Shown piece by piece: positions 37,259-47,001 of a stretch of 64,000 nt of DNA (its first letter is position 1; every line of letters begins with the position of its first letter). This DNA is from Calditrichales bacterium (GTDB taxonomy: Bacteria > Calditrichota > Calditrichia > Calditrichales > J004). The notes under the pieces are model-generated. The model made no database searches. It had not been told where the DNA came from and worked only from the letters and a program-made list of their open reading frames with translations. A program made the position numbers and the translations under genes. The stretch covers positions 1,216,001-1,280,000 of the forward strand of contig OZ254086.1 in the NCBI GenBank assembly GCA_965267575.1, read 5' to 3'.

Positions 37259-38158
37259 ATGCATACAATTAAGAAAAATCTTTACCTGCAGGAGCTGACC
37301 CAAAATCTGGAAGGCTTCCGCCAATTTATAAGCTGCTGGATTTATACCGCCCATGACCGCGTGATCCTTGTTGATCCCGGACCGGCGGCAACCATAACCA
37401 CAGTAAAAAACGCGCTTAACAAGCTGGGCGCAAAGCATCTTGACTACATCCTGCTGACTCATATTCATATCGATCATGCCGGCGGCACAGGGTTGTTGCT
37501 GGATGAATTTCCCGAAGCTCGGGTGATCTGCCACCCCAAAGGCATCCCGCATATGATTGAGCCGCAAAAGCTGTGGGAAGGTTCTCTAAAAGTACTGGGT
37601 GAAGTGGCCGAGGCTTACGGTCCGATAGCTGCCATTCCTGAAAAAAGCATTTCCTACCCGGATAAAATATCTGACGGCGCGCTGAAAATTGAGATCACCG
37701 AAACACCGGGCCACGCTTCGCACCACCTCAACTATCTTGTGGATGGATTGCTGTTTGCCGGCGAGGTTGCCGGGGTCAACGCACCGGTCGATGAAGGGTA
37801 TTACCTGCGCATAGCCACACCCCCGCGCTTTATTTATGAAATCTACCGCGATTCGCTGTGGAAGGCGGCGGAACTGGACGCCGGCACCATCTGCTTTGGC
37901 CATTTTGGCGCGCGTGAAGATGTAAAGCAGGTTTTCGACCGTGCCAGGGCGCAACTGGAACTGTGGCTGGAAACATGCCGCCGCCACCATGAAAAAAACC
38001 TACGCGTCGTGCCGGACGAGATCTTTACCGAGTTGAAACAGCGCGACCCTTCGATGGCCACTTTTTCAATTTTGCCAAAAGATATTCAGAAGCGGGAAGA
38101 GTATTTTTCACTAAACAGCATTAAGGGCATGCTGGGCTACCTGGCCGATCAAAAATAA
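37259..38158 (+). CDS. MBL-fold metallo-hydrolase
   Basis: THIHIDHAGG, TPGHASHH, FGHFG. Confidence 0.92.
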   Translation: MHTIKKNLYLQELTQNLEGFRQFISCWIYTAHDRVILVDPGPAATITTVKNALNKLGAKHLDYILLTHIHIDHAGGTGLLLDEFPEARVICHPKGIPHMIEPQKLWEGSLKVLGEVAEAYGPIAAIPEKSISYPDKISDGALKIEITETPGHASHHLNYLVDGLLFAGEVAGVNAPVDEGYYLRIATPPRFIYEIYRDSLWKAAELDAGTICFGHFGAREDVKQVFDRARAQLELWLETCRRHHEKNLRVVPDEIFTELKQRDPSMATFSILPKDIQKREEYFSLNSIKGMLGYLADQK

Positions 38159-39000
38159 AGGCCGTAACCAATAAAATCAGGGGTGATGCGAAGACCCGGC
38201 GCCGGCAACTTGTAGCGGTCCAGCAGAACAATCAGGTGGCGCAGAAACGGTGAATCGGTTTTGATGCGCTTGAGATTATAATCGAGAGCGACAACCAGTT
38301 CGCGGCGGTTGCCGCGGCTGACGCTGACACCCGTGGCCACGTTCAGCCAATTGGGCCACCAGGCGATTTCACGATCGAAATAGGCCGGCGCGTTAAAGGT
38401 TAGCCAGAAGGTCATGTTGGTGTAGTCTTCAATCGTCGCTTCATCGGATTTGGGTCGCGTAAAGTTGTAGCCCAGCTTGTAATCAAAGGCGCGCCATTTG
38501 GGATAGTGGTATTGCAGCGATGTGAACCCCGCACCGATGGCGTTGGCCACAAAATCGCCCGGCGTAAACCCCCAGCGTACGTAGTATGCATCGTGTATTT
38601 CCATGGCACTCATAATGCCTGTGGCCAGCCCAAACGCAGTCCAGGAAGAGGCCTCCGGGCCCATGCCCGACCAGCGCGCCAGGAAGCGGATATTCTGCGC
38701 GAATAATCCAGCCGAGTAAATATGCCCGAATTTGTCGAGCCCGCGGTGGCCGTTATCAAACCACTCCAGGTCACCATTCGGATTACGGGTAAAATGGAAA
38801 TCACGCTTCGCTTCATTGTAGTAGATGGGCCGGCCGGCGTTATAAATGGCGGCCACGCTAAAGCCGACCACACCCAGCGATATGCTGCCGCGATCCCATT
38901 GCAGGCTTGCATCCGGGTGGCTGTAATCAGGACGGTAATCGATGCTTTGTCCCGGCAGCAATGAAACGATCAATAAAAAAAAGACACTTAGCTTTAGCAT
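38149..39000 (-). CDS. DUF2279/YfiM-like exported protein
   Basis: DKFGH, E..D.Y...WGF...D..AN..G, EDYTNMTFWL. Confidence 0.8.
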   Translation of the reverse strand: MLKLSVFFLLIVSLLPGQSIDYRPDYSHPDASLQWDRGSISLGVVGFSVAAIYNAGRPIYYNEAKRDFHFTRNPNGDLEWFDNGHRGLDKFGHIYSAGLFAQNIRFLARWSGMGPEASSWTAFGLATGIMSAMEIHDAYYVRWGFTPGDFVANAIGAGFTSLQYHYPKWRAFDYKLGYNFTRPKSDEATIEDYTNMTFWLTFNAPAYFDREIAWWPNWLNVATGVSVSRGNRRELVVALDYNLKRIKTDSPFLRHLIVLLDRYKLPAPGLRITPDFIGYGLYF

Positions 39001-39085
39001 GCTGCAAAACTAAGTGTCCAGGGGTCTTGGGGCAATGTTTTTGTGGCCGGCATTTTCACCTGCCACGGGGAATGGGGTCGGAAAC

Positions 39086-39292
39086 TCACACGTCTTTTCT
39101 GATTATAAATCGTGTTTGTTCATCGCGTAAGCGTCTCTCTTCATCAAAATAACGCTCCACCAAAAGCTGGCTTGCTGTTTTGGGAAGATAAATGGCGCCT
39201 TCTTCCCTTTGAAGGTATTTTTCCCACAGGTACAATGCCCCATAAAGCAGTGCGCCTGTGGATAAAAAGGCGATAAGAAAAAGCAATTCCAT
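39086..39292 (-). CDS. Small membrane-anchored hypothetical protein
   Basis: GGGAG RBS, single N-terminal transmembrane helix. Confidence 0.5.
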   Translation of the reverse strand: MELLFLIAFLSTGALLYGALYLWEKYLQREEGAIYLPKTASQLLVERYFDEERRLRDEQTRFIIRKDV

Positions 39293-39404
39293 TTGCGTTC
39301 TCCCTTCCATAGCTTCTTTGTTTAGTTATGATTTTCGGATTGCCAAGGCGGATAGTGAACAGCATTTCAACACAGGCAGAAAAATGACCAGCGGGAGAGC
39401 GGAA

Positions 39405-39842
39405 AACCACAGAGCGCGCAGAGTCTTTTCAAAGAGGCTAAAGAGGATTTTTAATTATTTTTTGTCTTGGGTTGTGGCGAGCGTAAACTTTTCGACCCTC
39501 TAAAAATTCCTGTTCTGTTGGAAAATAATATTGGTAGTTTGCCAAACCCCAAAAACAATCAAGTCTTTTAGGGAAATTAAAAAGCAAACACAGAGTACAC
39601 CGAGGATTTATTTTTCTAACCGGCCTACCGTAGTAAAACTCTTCAATATCCTAAGCACACTGTTCCTTAGGAACATAATATTGGTAGCGCCCCAATACCC
39701 AATATCAATCGAGTCCCTTTAGGGACGCAATAAAACCGTAAAAACATTTCCTTCGCTTAACAAAAAGAATTAATAAATAAAATTCTTTAGATTTGTATTT
39801 TACTCCGTGAACTCTATGCTGTACTCTGCGCTCTCTGTGGTT
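39405..39842. repeat. Composite repeat element bounded by inverted CACAGAG-type arms
   Basis: AACCACAGAGCGCGCAGAG ... CTCTGCGCTCTCTGTGGTT, enclosing GTTCCTTAGGAAC and GTCCCTTTAGGGAC palindromes. Confidence 0.65.
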
Positions 39843-39856
39843 AAAAAAGGAAGCCG

Positions 39857-40555
39857 ATGCGATTTAATACTCCCCTGATTGAAACCAAACTGATTCGCCG
39901 TTACAAGCGTTTCCTGGCCGATGTGGAAATGCCCGATGGCAAAGCGCTCACCGTCCATTGTCCCAACTCCGGCAGCATGAAGGGCTGTACCGGCGAAGGC
40001 TGGCCGGCCATGATCAGCGACAGCGGCAACCCCAAACGCAAGCTGCGCCACACCCTCGAAATGACCCACAATGGCCAAACATGGATCGGCGTAAATACCA
40101 TGCACCCCAACAAGCTGGCCAAAGAGGCCATCGAAAACGGGACAATCGCGGAATTGCAGGGTTACGACGAAATAAAAAACGAGCAGAAATACGGAGAAAA
40201 TAGTCGCATAGATTTGTTGCTGCGAAGCAGTGCTAAGCCAGATTGCTACGTGGAGGTAAAGAACGTGACGCTGGTGGAAAATAACGAATACCGCTTTCCG
40301 GACGCGGTGACCGCGCGCGGCCTGAAACATTTGCATGAGCTGATGGAGATTAAAAAGAAGGGCGGGCGGGCAGTAATGCTGTTTATTATCCAGCGTGGGG
40401 ACGGAACCCTGTTTCGTCCTGCCGCAGACATTGATCCGGTTTACGCGAAGCGCCTGAAGGAAGCTCACGATGCCGGCGTGGAAATCATGCCCTGGCGGGC
40501 CCATGTTTCACCTGAAGAAATCGAAGTGATAGAAAAAATACCCTTTGTACTCTGA
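39857..40555 (+). CDS. sfsA: DNA/RNA nuclease SfsA
   Basis: RYKRFLADV, HCPNSGSM, SRID.LL, YVEVKNVT, FPDAVTARG.KHL.EL. Confidence 0.95.
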   Translation: MRFNTPLIETKLIRRYKRFLADVEMPDGKALTVHCPNSGSMKGCTGEGWPAMISDSGNPKRKLRHTLEMTHNGQTWIGVNTMHPNKLAKEAIENGTIAELQGYDEIKNEQKYGENSRIDLLLRSSAKPDCYVEVKNVTLVENNEYRFPDAVTARGLKHLHELMEIKKKGGRAVMLFIIQRGDGTLFRPAADIDPVYAKRLKEAHDAGVEIMPWRAHVSPEEIEVIEKIPFVL

Positions 40556-40656
40556 TTGGCTTGATTTTATGATGGGCTTTGATTCATAAAACCAGGGTAA
40601 AAATCATTAAATCATTTAATCACGCAAATCACAGTTCAGACAATAGAAATTATGTA

Positions 40657-41403
40657 ATGGCAAAAAGACCGGAAATTTTTAACAATATCCACATCGTGCT
40701 GGTAGAACCGGAAAACCCCGGCAACATCGGGGCGGCGGCGCGGGCCATGAAAACCTGTGGCCTCAGCCGGATGATCCTCGTGCGGCCGCAATGCGACCTG
40801 GACCATGAGGATGTACGCAAAATGGCTCACCGCTCGCGGGACATCGTCAAAAGCGCCCGGCTGGAAGAGGACCTGACCGTCGTCCTGAACGACATGCATT
40901 TCAGCATCGGTACGACTATGCGCAGACGACACACACGTTTTCCTTACTACAGTCCGCCGGAGATCAGCGACAAAATATTCAGCATGGGTAAAGACAGGAA
41001 ATCCGCGTTGGTGTTTGGCAACGAGCGCAACGGCCTCTCCAACGACGATCTCGAACTGTGCATGGTGCGCTCCACCATCGCCACGGCCACGCAGAATCCT
41101 GCGCTGAACCTGGCCCAGTCGATCATGATCTATTGCCACACATTGTACAGCAACGCACTGGAAAACAAAGGCAGCTACGGCTGGGAAAGCGCCACCTCGC
41201 AGCAACTGGAAACCATTTACGCTCGATTACGCCAAGCCTTGGAAAATAGGGGTTTTGAACCCAACGACGGCATGGATGCCTTCATCACACGCTTTAAACG
41301 CATACTGGGCCGCGCCCAACCGGAAGAACGCGACGTAATGCTGCTGCATAAAATTTTGCAGGTGCTGGACAGGGAAGATCGAAGAAAAAAAAATAAAAGA
41401 TGA
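40657..41403 (+). CDS. trmJ: SPOUT RNA methyltransferase (TrmJ/LasT family)
   Basis: IVLVEP..PGNIGAAARAMK, VFGNERNGLSN, LNLAQS. Confidence 0.85.
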   Translation: MAKRPEIFNNIHIVLVEPENPGNIGAAARAMKTCGLSRMILVRPQCDLDHEDVRKMAHRSRDIVKSARLEEDLTVVLNDMHFSIGTTMRRRHTRFPYYSPPEISDKIFSMGKDRKSALVFGNERNGLSNDDLELCMVRSTIATATQNPALNLAQSIMIYCHTLYSNALENKGSYGWESATSQQLETIYARLRQALENRGFEPNDGMDAFITRFKRILGRAQPEERDVMLLHKILQVLDREDRRKKNKR

Positions 41404-41407
41404 AAAT

Positions 41408-41435
41408 GTAGAGACGCAAAATTTTGCGTCTCTAC
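41408..41435. repeat. Perfect 28-bp GTAG-type REP palindrome
   Basis: GTAGAGACGCAAAATTTTGCGTCTCTAC; half copy at 10430-10441. Confidence 0.85.
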
Positions 41436-41452
41436 GTCTTTAACAGGCGCGT

Positions 41453-42520
41453 TTAATCCACCCACTCCGCAAGGAAAACGTTGGTATCGCGTGGGTTGCG
41501 GTTGGCACGGTTGCTGGCAAATACCAGGTGCTTGCCGTCGCTGGTAAACATGGGGAAGCCGTCAAACTGTTCGTGAAAAGTAATCTGCTTCAGGCCGCTG
41601 CCGTCTTCATTGATCATCCACAGGTTAAAATCCGGCTGGCGCGGGTTTGTGCTGCCCAGGCTGCTGCTAAAGAGGATGCGCTTGTTGTCGGGATGAAAGA
41701 ACGGCGCGAAATTGGCGAACTCATTATCGGTCACCTGGCGCTTGTTGGAACCGTCGGCATCCATCACCCATACCTGGAAATTACCCGGACGTATCATTTC
41801 CTGTGCCAGTAAATCCTTATATGTTTTGATCTCATCCTCGGTTTTGGGGTGGTAGCTGCGGTAAACGATTTTGCTGCCGTCCCAGCTGAAAAACGGACCA
41901 CCGTCATAACCCAGCGCGTCGGTCAGCCGCTTCAGGTCGCTGCCATCGATATTGCAGGAGTAGATGTCCAGGTCGCCATCTCGCTGCGATGTGAAAACAA
42001 TGCGATCACCCTGCGGTGACACGGTGGCTTCGGCGTCATAACCGGGTGCCGGCAAAAAGGGACGCGGGTTGCTGCCATCTGCATTGGCGATATACATGTC
42101 AAACGTGCTGTAGACCTTCCAGACATAGCCCTGCGAAAAATCGGGTGGCGGCGGGCAGGCGCTGTCCGCGGCATGGGTGGAAGCGTAGATAATGGCGCTG
42201 TCACCGGGCAGGAAATAGGAGCAGGTGGTGCGACCGTAACCGGTGCTGACCAGCTTCTTGTTGCTGCCATCCAAATCCATCGTAAAAATCTGATCGCATT
42301 CATACGGACCGTGCTTGCTTTGATAGATCAGCTTATCTTCGGTAAAATTAAAATATGCTTCGGCGTTTTCACCTTCCGTCGTCAGCATTTTAATATTGCG
42401 CAGATGTTTTTCCTGCTCGTAGCGCAGGGTGTCGGCCGCCGGATCGTAGGCCTGTTGTTTTTGCTCGCTGCCGCAGGCTGTTAATAAAGCAAGGATAGTC
42501 ATGAACAATATGTAGCGCAT
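41453..42520 (-). CDS. TolB-like PD40 beta-propeller lipoprotein
   Basis: LTAC lipobox; GENAEAYF, GYDAEATVSP, GYDGGPFFS, FDGFPMF. Confidence 0.88.
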   Translation of the reverse strand: MRYILFMTILALLTACGSEQKQQAYDPAADTLRYEQEKHLRNIKMLTTEGENAEAYFNFTEDKLIYQSKHGPYECDQIFTMDLDGSNKKLVSTGYGRTTCSYFLPGDSAIIYASTHAADSACPPPPDFSQGYVWKVYSTFDMYIANADGSNPRPFLPAPGYDAEATVSPQGDRIVFTSQRDGDLDIYSCNIDGSDLKRLTDALGYDGGPFFSWDGSKIVYRSYHPKTEDEIKTYKDLLAQEMIRPGNFQVWVMDADGSNKRQVTDNEFANFAPFFHPDNKRILFSSSLGSTNPRQPDFNLWMINEDGSGLKQITFHEQFDGFPMFTSDGKHLVFASNRANRNPRDTNVFLAEWVD

Positions 42521-42630
42521 TGTCGTCTCCGTTTTAAGATCCCGGCGCGGCTCGCCAGCCGGGATGACATTTTATCTTTTTTCATTTTCCTAATCACAAT
42601 CATTCTCAGATCCCCATCCCCCTTGCCTCG

Positions 42631-42709
42631 TGTCATTCCCGTGAAAACGGGAATCCATTACCGATTGCTGCCACTGGCCCGCTGGATTCCCGCCTGCGCG
42701 GGAATGACA
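42631..42709. repeat. Inverted pair of dRS3-like palindromes
   Basis: ATTCCC-GTGAAAAC-GGGAAT and ATTCCC-GCCTGCGC-GGGAAT. Confidence 0.85.
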
Positions 42710-42736
42710 TTACCGGCCCCCGCCTTGAGCTCGTGC

Positions 42737-44128
42737 TTAAATATGCACCGCTTCGCCTTCCGCATCGGCGGCCGCTTCCATGATCATCTCCGACAGCGTG
42801 GGGTGGGCGTGAACCGTTTTGCTCAACTCTACCGGCGTTGCTTCAAGTGACTTGGCCATGCCCAGCTCGGCGATCAGTTCGGTTGCTTCGGTGCCCACAA
42901 TGTGCGCGCCCAGCAGCTCGCCGTATTTTTTATCAAAGATCAGCTTAACCATACCTTCTTTGGCGCCGATGGCGCGGGCCTTGCCGGAAGCGCTGTAGGG
43001 AAATTTGCCGACCTTCACATCGTAACCGGCCTCTTTGGCCTTCTCTTCTGTCATACCGATACTGGCCACCTGCGGCTGGCAATAGGTACAACCGGGAATA
43101 CTGTTGTAATCGATGGCATGCGTTTTTACTCCGGCGATTTTTTCCACGCAGACGATGCCCTCATGCGAAGCCACGTGCGCCAGCAGCGGCGGCCCGATGA
43201 CATCGCCAATGGCGTAGACGCCCTTCACGCCGGTTTCATACCATTCGTTGACCTTAATAAAACTCTTTTCTGTTTTAACGCCGATACCTTCCAGGTTAAT
43301 ATTTTCGATGTTGCCTTGGATGCCAATGGCCATCAGCGCTTTTTCGCCTTTCAGCGTTTCCTTCTTGTCCTTTACGGAAACGGTAACATTAACGCCGCTT
43401 TTCAGTGTTTTGACCTCTTCCACTTTGGCACCCGTCAGCACTTTGATGCCTGCTTTTTTGAAACTCTTCTCCAGTACCTTGGAAATCTCCTTGTCCTCAA
43501 TTGGCAGCAGTTGGTCCATCATTTCTACGATTGTTACCTCGGTGCCGATGGAGTTATAGAAATAGGCAAACTCAACGCCAATAGCCCCGGCCCCGATGAT
43601 CACCATCGACTTGGGCTGCTTGGGCAGGTTCATCGCCTGGAAATAGCTGATCACCTGTTCACCGTCAATTTCCACATTAGGGATACTGCGCGGCCTGCCA
43701 CCTGTCGAAACGATAATGTGCTTGCCTTTTACTTCGCTTTTTTTGCCGTTTTTGTCCTTAACTTCCAGCGTACCGGGGTCTTTAATACGACCATCTCCAT
43801 GGATCACATCAATCTTGTTCTTCTTCATCAGGTATTCCACACCCTTGGAGTTGGTGTCAGCCACGCCGCGGCTGCGTTTGATAACGGCCGGGAAATCAAC
43901 GGAGAATTTATCCAGTTTGAAACCATACTCTTTGGCATGCTGCATCTCTTCGTATACTTCTGCGCTTTTCAGCAGGGCCTTGGTGGGAATACAGCCCCAG
44001 TTCAGGCAGATGCCGCCCAGCTTGTCGCGCTCCACCAGCGCCGTTTTCATGCCCAACTGCGAGGCGCGGATTGCCGCCACATAACCACCCGGTCCGGAAC
44101 CCAGAACCACAACATCATACTGCGCCAT
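42737..44128 (-). CDS. lpdA: Dihydrolipoyl dehydrogenase
   Basis: GSGPGGY, GGICLNWGCIPTK, HAHPTLSE. Confidence 0.97.
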   Translation of the reverse strand: MAQYDVVVLGSGPGGYVAAIRASQLGMKTALVERDKLGGICLNWGCIPTKALLKSAEVYEEMQHAKEYGFKLDKFSVDFPAVIKRSRGVADTNSKGVEYLMKKNKIDVIHGDGRIKDPGTLEVKDKNGKKSEVKGKHIIVSTGGRPRSIPNVEIDGEQVISYFQAMNLPKQPKSMVIIGAGAIGVEFAYFYNSIGTEVTIVEMMDQLLPIEDKEISKVLEKSFKKAGIKVLTGAKVEEVKTLKSGVNVTVSVKDKKETLKGEKALMAIGIQGNIENINLEGIGVKTEKSFIKVNEWYETGVKGVYAIGDVIGPPLLAHVASHEGIVCVEKIAGVKTHAIDYNSIPGCTYCQPQVASIGMTEEKAKEAGYDVKVGKFPYSASGKARAIGAKEGMVKLIFDKKYGELLGAHIVGTEATELIAELGMAKSLEATPVELSKTVHAHPTLSEMIMEAAADAEGEAVHI

Positions 44129-44230
44129 GATCACTCCAATCTTTTCATTATGTATTTTTTTTGAAAGCAAGAAACAGGGCAAAAAATTACGTGCAGGCCT
44201 TTAAAAATGCAAAAGCGTTTAAGCGGGAAG

Positions 44231-44633
44231 CCACAGAGGGTGCAGAGTACTGCACAGAGAACACTGAGATAATTAATAGGATATGTAAAAGAATGCGAAG
44301 TGGTTCTAACGACGCCTTTAAATTTTGTGTCACTATTACATGGTTTATAGAGCATAACAACATCTATCCTCATAATCGTTTTTAAATTAAAACTTTGTGC
44401 TCTCTGTGAAGCACTCCGTGAACTCTGTGGTTAATAAAGTGAGAGGACCTTAGCGGGAAACTACGGATTTAGGCAGGCTCGCTTAATTGAGATGCTGAAA
44501 CGAGTTCAGCATGACGCAGCTATTTTTGCTGGCACTATTATATGGTTAATAGAATTAAATGGTTTTTGTCCCTATACTCATTCCATAGTTTTAAGCTCTG
44601 TGCTCTCTGTGAAGCGCTCAGTGAACTCTGTGG
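44231..44633. repeat. Cluster of CACAGAG-type repeats and a REP-like hairpin
   Basis: 44231-44268 inverted relative to near-identical 44393-44432 and 44596-44633. Confidence 0.75.
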
Positions 44634-44654
44634 TAAAAATGAAAGGGGCGAGAA

Positions 44655-45164
44655 ATGAAAAAGATCCTGATGTTTGTTGAAGACGTATATGAAGATCTGG
44701 AACTATGGTATCCGCGTATCCGCATGGAGGAAGCCGGCTATAAGGTGGATGTGGCCGGGCCGGATAAAGGTAAGGTCTACAAGGGAAAAAACGGCTACCC
44801 CTGCCGCAGCACGATCGCGCTGGATGACGTAAAAGCAGCCGAGTATGTCGGATTGATTATCCCCGGTGGTTTTGCACCCGATAAGCTGCGACGCATGGAT
44901 GTGGTAAAGGACCTGACGCTCCATTTTCACGAAAACGGCAAGCTGCTGGCGCACATTTGCCACGCCGGCTGGATACCCATTTCGGCAGGTATTATGGAGG
45001 GTTTCCGCTGTACCTCCACGCCCGGCATAAAGGACGATCTGGAAAATGCCGGAGCCACATGGCTGGACGAAGAAGTGGTGGTGGATAGGCATATGGTTTC
45101 CAGCAGGCGCCCGGATGATCTGCCGGCCTTTTGTAAAGCGATTTTGGCATATCTGGAAAAGTAA
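44655..45164 (+). CDS. PfpI/DJ-1 family protein
   Basis: YEDLELWYP, IPGGFAPD.LR, ICHAG, SRRPDDLPAF. Confidence 0.92.
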   Translation: MKKILMFVEDVYEDLELWYPRIRMEEAGYKVDVAGPDKGKVYKGKNGYPCRSTIALDDVKAAEYVGLIIPGGFAPDKLRRMDVVKDLTLHFHENGKLLAHICHAGWIPISAGIMEGFRCTSTPGIKDDLENAGATWLDEEVVVDRHMVSSRRPDDLPAFCKAILAYLEK

Positions 45165-45399
45165 CATTCAGGTATACGCAGTGTGGGCTTACCCGGCCTC
45201 TGTAATTTGAGTTTTGCACTTGGAATTTCTGCCCGTTTGACCTTTTCTGCTTCCGGCAAGAGATTCCGGTATGGCAAAAACGGCCAACCGGAATGACAGG
45301 CAAAGAAGGCTCTAATATTTAGTGTCTAAAACAATTTACTTTGATTTTTTGCCTCCGTAACTTCCATTCCTGTCTAACCGTGACGAATGAGGATTTACT

Positions 45400-46779
45400 A
45401 TGAAAAACGTTCTTGTTCTTGGGGCCGGGAAAAGCAGCCCTTACCTGATACATTATCTGCTTGAAAACGCGCAGAGGTATGACTGGTTTGTAACTGTCGC
45501 CGATCGTGACCTGGATCTGGCCAAAAGCCGCATCAATAACCACGTGCGGGGAACGGCCATCCATTTTGACATAAACGATCGCGAAATGCGCGCCAAACAC
45601 GTAAAAAAAGCCGATGTGGTCGTAAATATGCTGGCACCGCGTTTTCAGCACATGGTGTCGCTGGCCTGTGTAGAAGGCAACACGCACATGATATCGGTTT
45701 CGTACGAAGACCGCCGTATCCGCGAACTGGAAAGCGACGCCCAGCGCCGCGGCCTGCTGATGCTCACCGAGATCGGCCTCGACCCCGGCATTGACCACAT
45801 GTCCGCCGCGGAAATTCTGGACCGCATCCGTGAAGACAGCGGCTCTGTTACCGTTTTTGAATCTTACGGAGGTGGTCTGCCCGCGCTGGACTCGCTCAAT
45901 AATCCGCTTAAGTATGTAATCAGCTGGAATCCGCGCAACGTGGTGATGGCCGGCTCCAGCGGGGCACAGTATATCCGCAACGGCAAGATAAAGATCATCC
46001 CTTATCATAATGTATTCCGCCACTCATGGGACGTGCAGGTGGAGGGCATGGGTCAAATGGAAGCTTACCCGAACCGGGATTCCATTACCTACCAGTTGAA
46101 GTATGCTTTCAAGCAGGCTAAAACTGTTATCCGCGCCACGTTGCGCTATCCCGGCTGGAGCGAAACCTGGCACGAAATTGTGCGACTTGGGCTGCCAAAC
46201 GAAGATTTGCGCATACCCAATCTAAAAAACAAAACCTATGCCGATTTAACCGAGATGTTTTTGCCGCTGCAAGTACGCGGCGAAGACCTCTATAGCCGTG
46301 TAGCCAATTTTCTCAATATCAGCCCCACCGGCGAGATCATGAAAAAGCTGCGCTGGCTGGGTCTATTCTCAGAAGAAAAAATCGGTATTGATGTGGAAAC
46401 CGCGGCCGAGGTGATGACGCATCTGCTCAGCGAAAAACTGAAGCTGACGCCCGACATCCGCGATATGGTGGTATTGGTGCACAAGATAGATGTGAAGTAT
46501 CCTGATAAAAGAAAGAACGAGCGGATTGTCTCAACGATGATCCACAACGGAGAACGCGGCGGTTTTACGGCCATGTCCAAATCCGTGGGTTTGCCTGCGG
46601 CGATTGTGGCCAGGCTTTTGCTGAACAATGAATTGCCGCTGACGGGCTGCCATATTCCCACACATCCGGCGATTTACCGTCCCGTGTTGAAAGAGCTGGC
46701 GGAGTACGGGCTGACCTTCAGCGAGACGAGCTATCCGCTGAAAACAAAAGCGAAAAAGACAATCAAGAAAACAGCCTGA
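45400..46779 (+). CDS. Saccharopine dehydrogenase family protein
   Basis: GAGKS, EIGLDPGIDHM, SYGGGLP, WNPRNV, EAYPNRDS, TLRYPG. Confidence 0.92.
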   Translation: MKNVLVLGAGKSSPYLIHYLLENAQRYDWFVTVADRDLDLAKSRINNHVRGTAIHFDINDREMRAKHVKKADVVVNMLAPRFQHMVSLACVEGNTHMISVSYEDRRIRELESDAQRRGLLMLTEIGLDPGIDHMSAAEILDRIREDSGSVTVFESYGGGLPALDSLNNPLKYVISWNPRNVVMAGSSGAQYIRNGKIKIIPYHNVFRHSWDVQVEGMGQMEAYPNRDSITYQLKYAFKQAKTVIRATLRYPGWSETWHEIVRLGLPNEDLRIPNLKNKTYADLTEMFLPLQVRGEDLYSRVANFLNISPTGEIMKKLRWLGLFSEEKIGIDVETAAEVMTHLLSEKLKLTPDIRDMVVLVHKIDVKYPDKRKNERIVSTMIHNGERGGFTAMSKSVGLPAAIVARLLLNNELPLTGCHIPTHPAIYRPVLKELAEYGLTFSETSYPLKTKAKKTIKKTA

Positions 46780-46793
46780 ACAATATAAATAAA

Positions 46794-46820
46794 AAGCGGA
46801 GTACAATATGTGCTCCGCTT
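46794..46820. terminator. Hairpin, probable terminator
   Basis: AAGCGGAGTAC-AATAT-GTGCTCCGCTT after the stop codon. Confidence 0.55.
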
Positions 46821-47001
46821 AAAGCTCCGGTTTCGTGTATGGCACAAAAACAGCCGTCGCAGCGTAATTTTCCCGCCCCCGCTTCCTGAATAAGGGCCGC
46901 TTTTTTAATCGTTATAATAATTTGATACTATAAAGTAGCACTCAAATTTGTTTTGACTATATTTCATAGTAAGCATTCATAAAACCGGAAAGAGGTAAAA
47001 A

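Noticed and set aside
42902-44164. Long antisense ORFs (420 aa here; also 10536-11438, 3122-3904, 47551-48363)
   Set aside because: Shadow frames opposite well-supported genes, with no recognisable motifs
46794-46820. Another LexA box (AGTAC-N5-GTGCT)
   Set aside because: Spacer is 5 nt, not 4, and it is part of a longer hairpin after a stop codon
46915-46975. Fatty-acid regulator operator upstream of the thiolase operon
   Set aside because: Only short imperfect palindromes in AT-rich DNA, with no matching copy seen upstream of fadE
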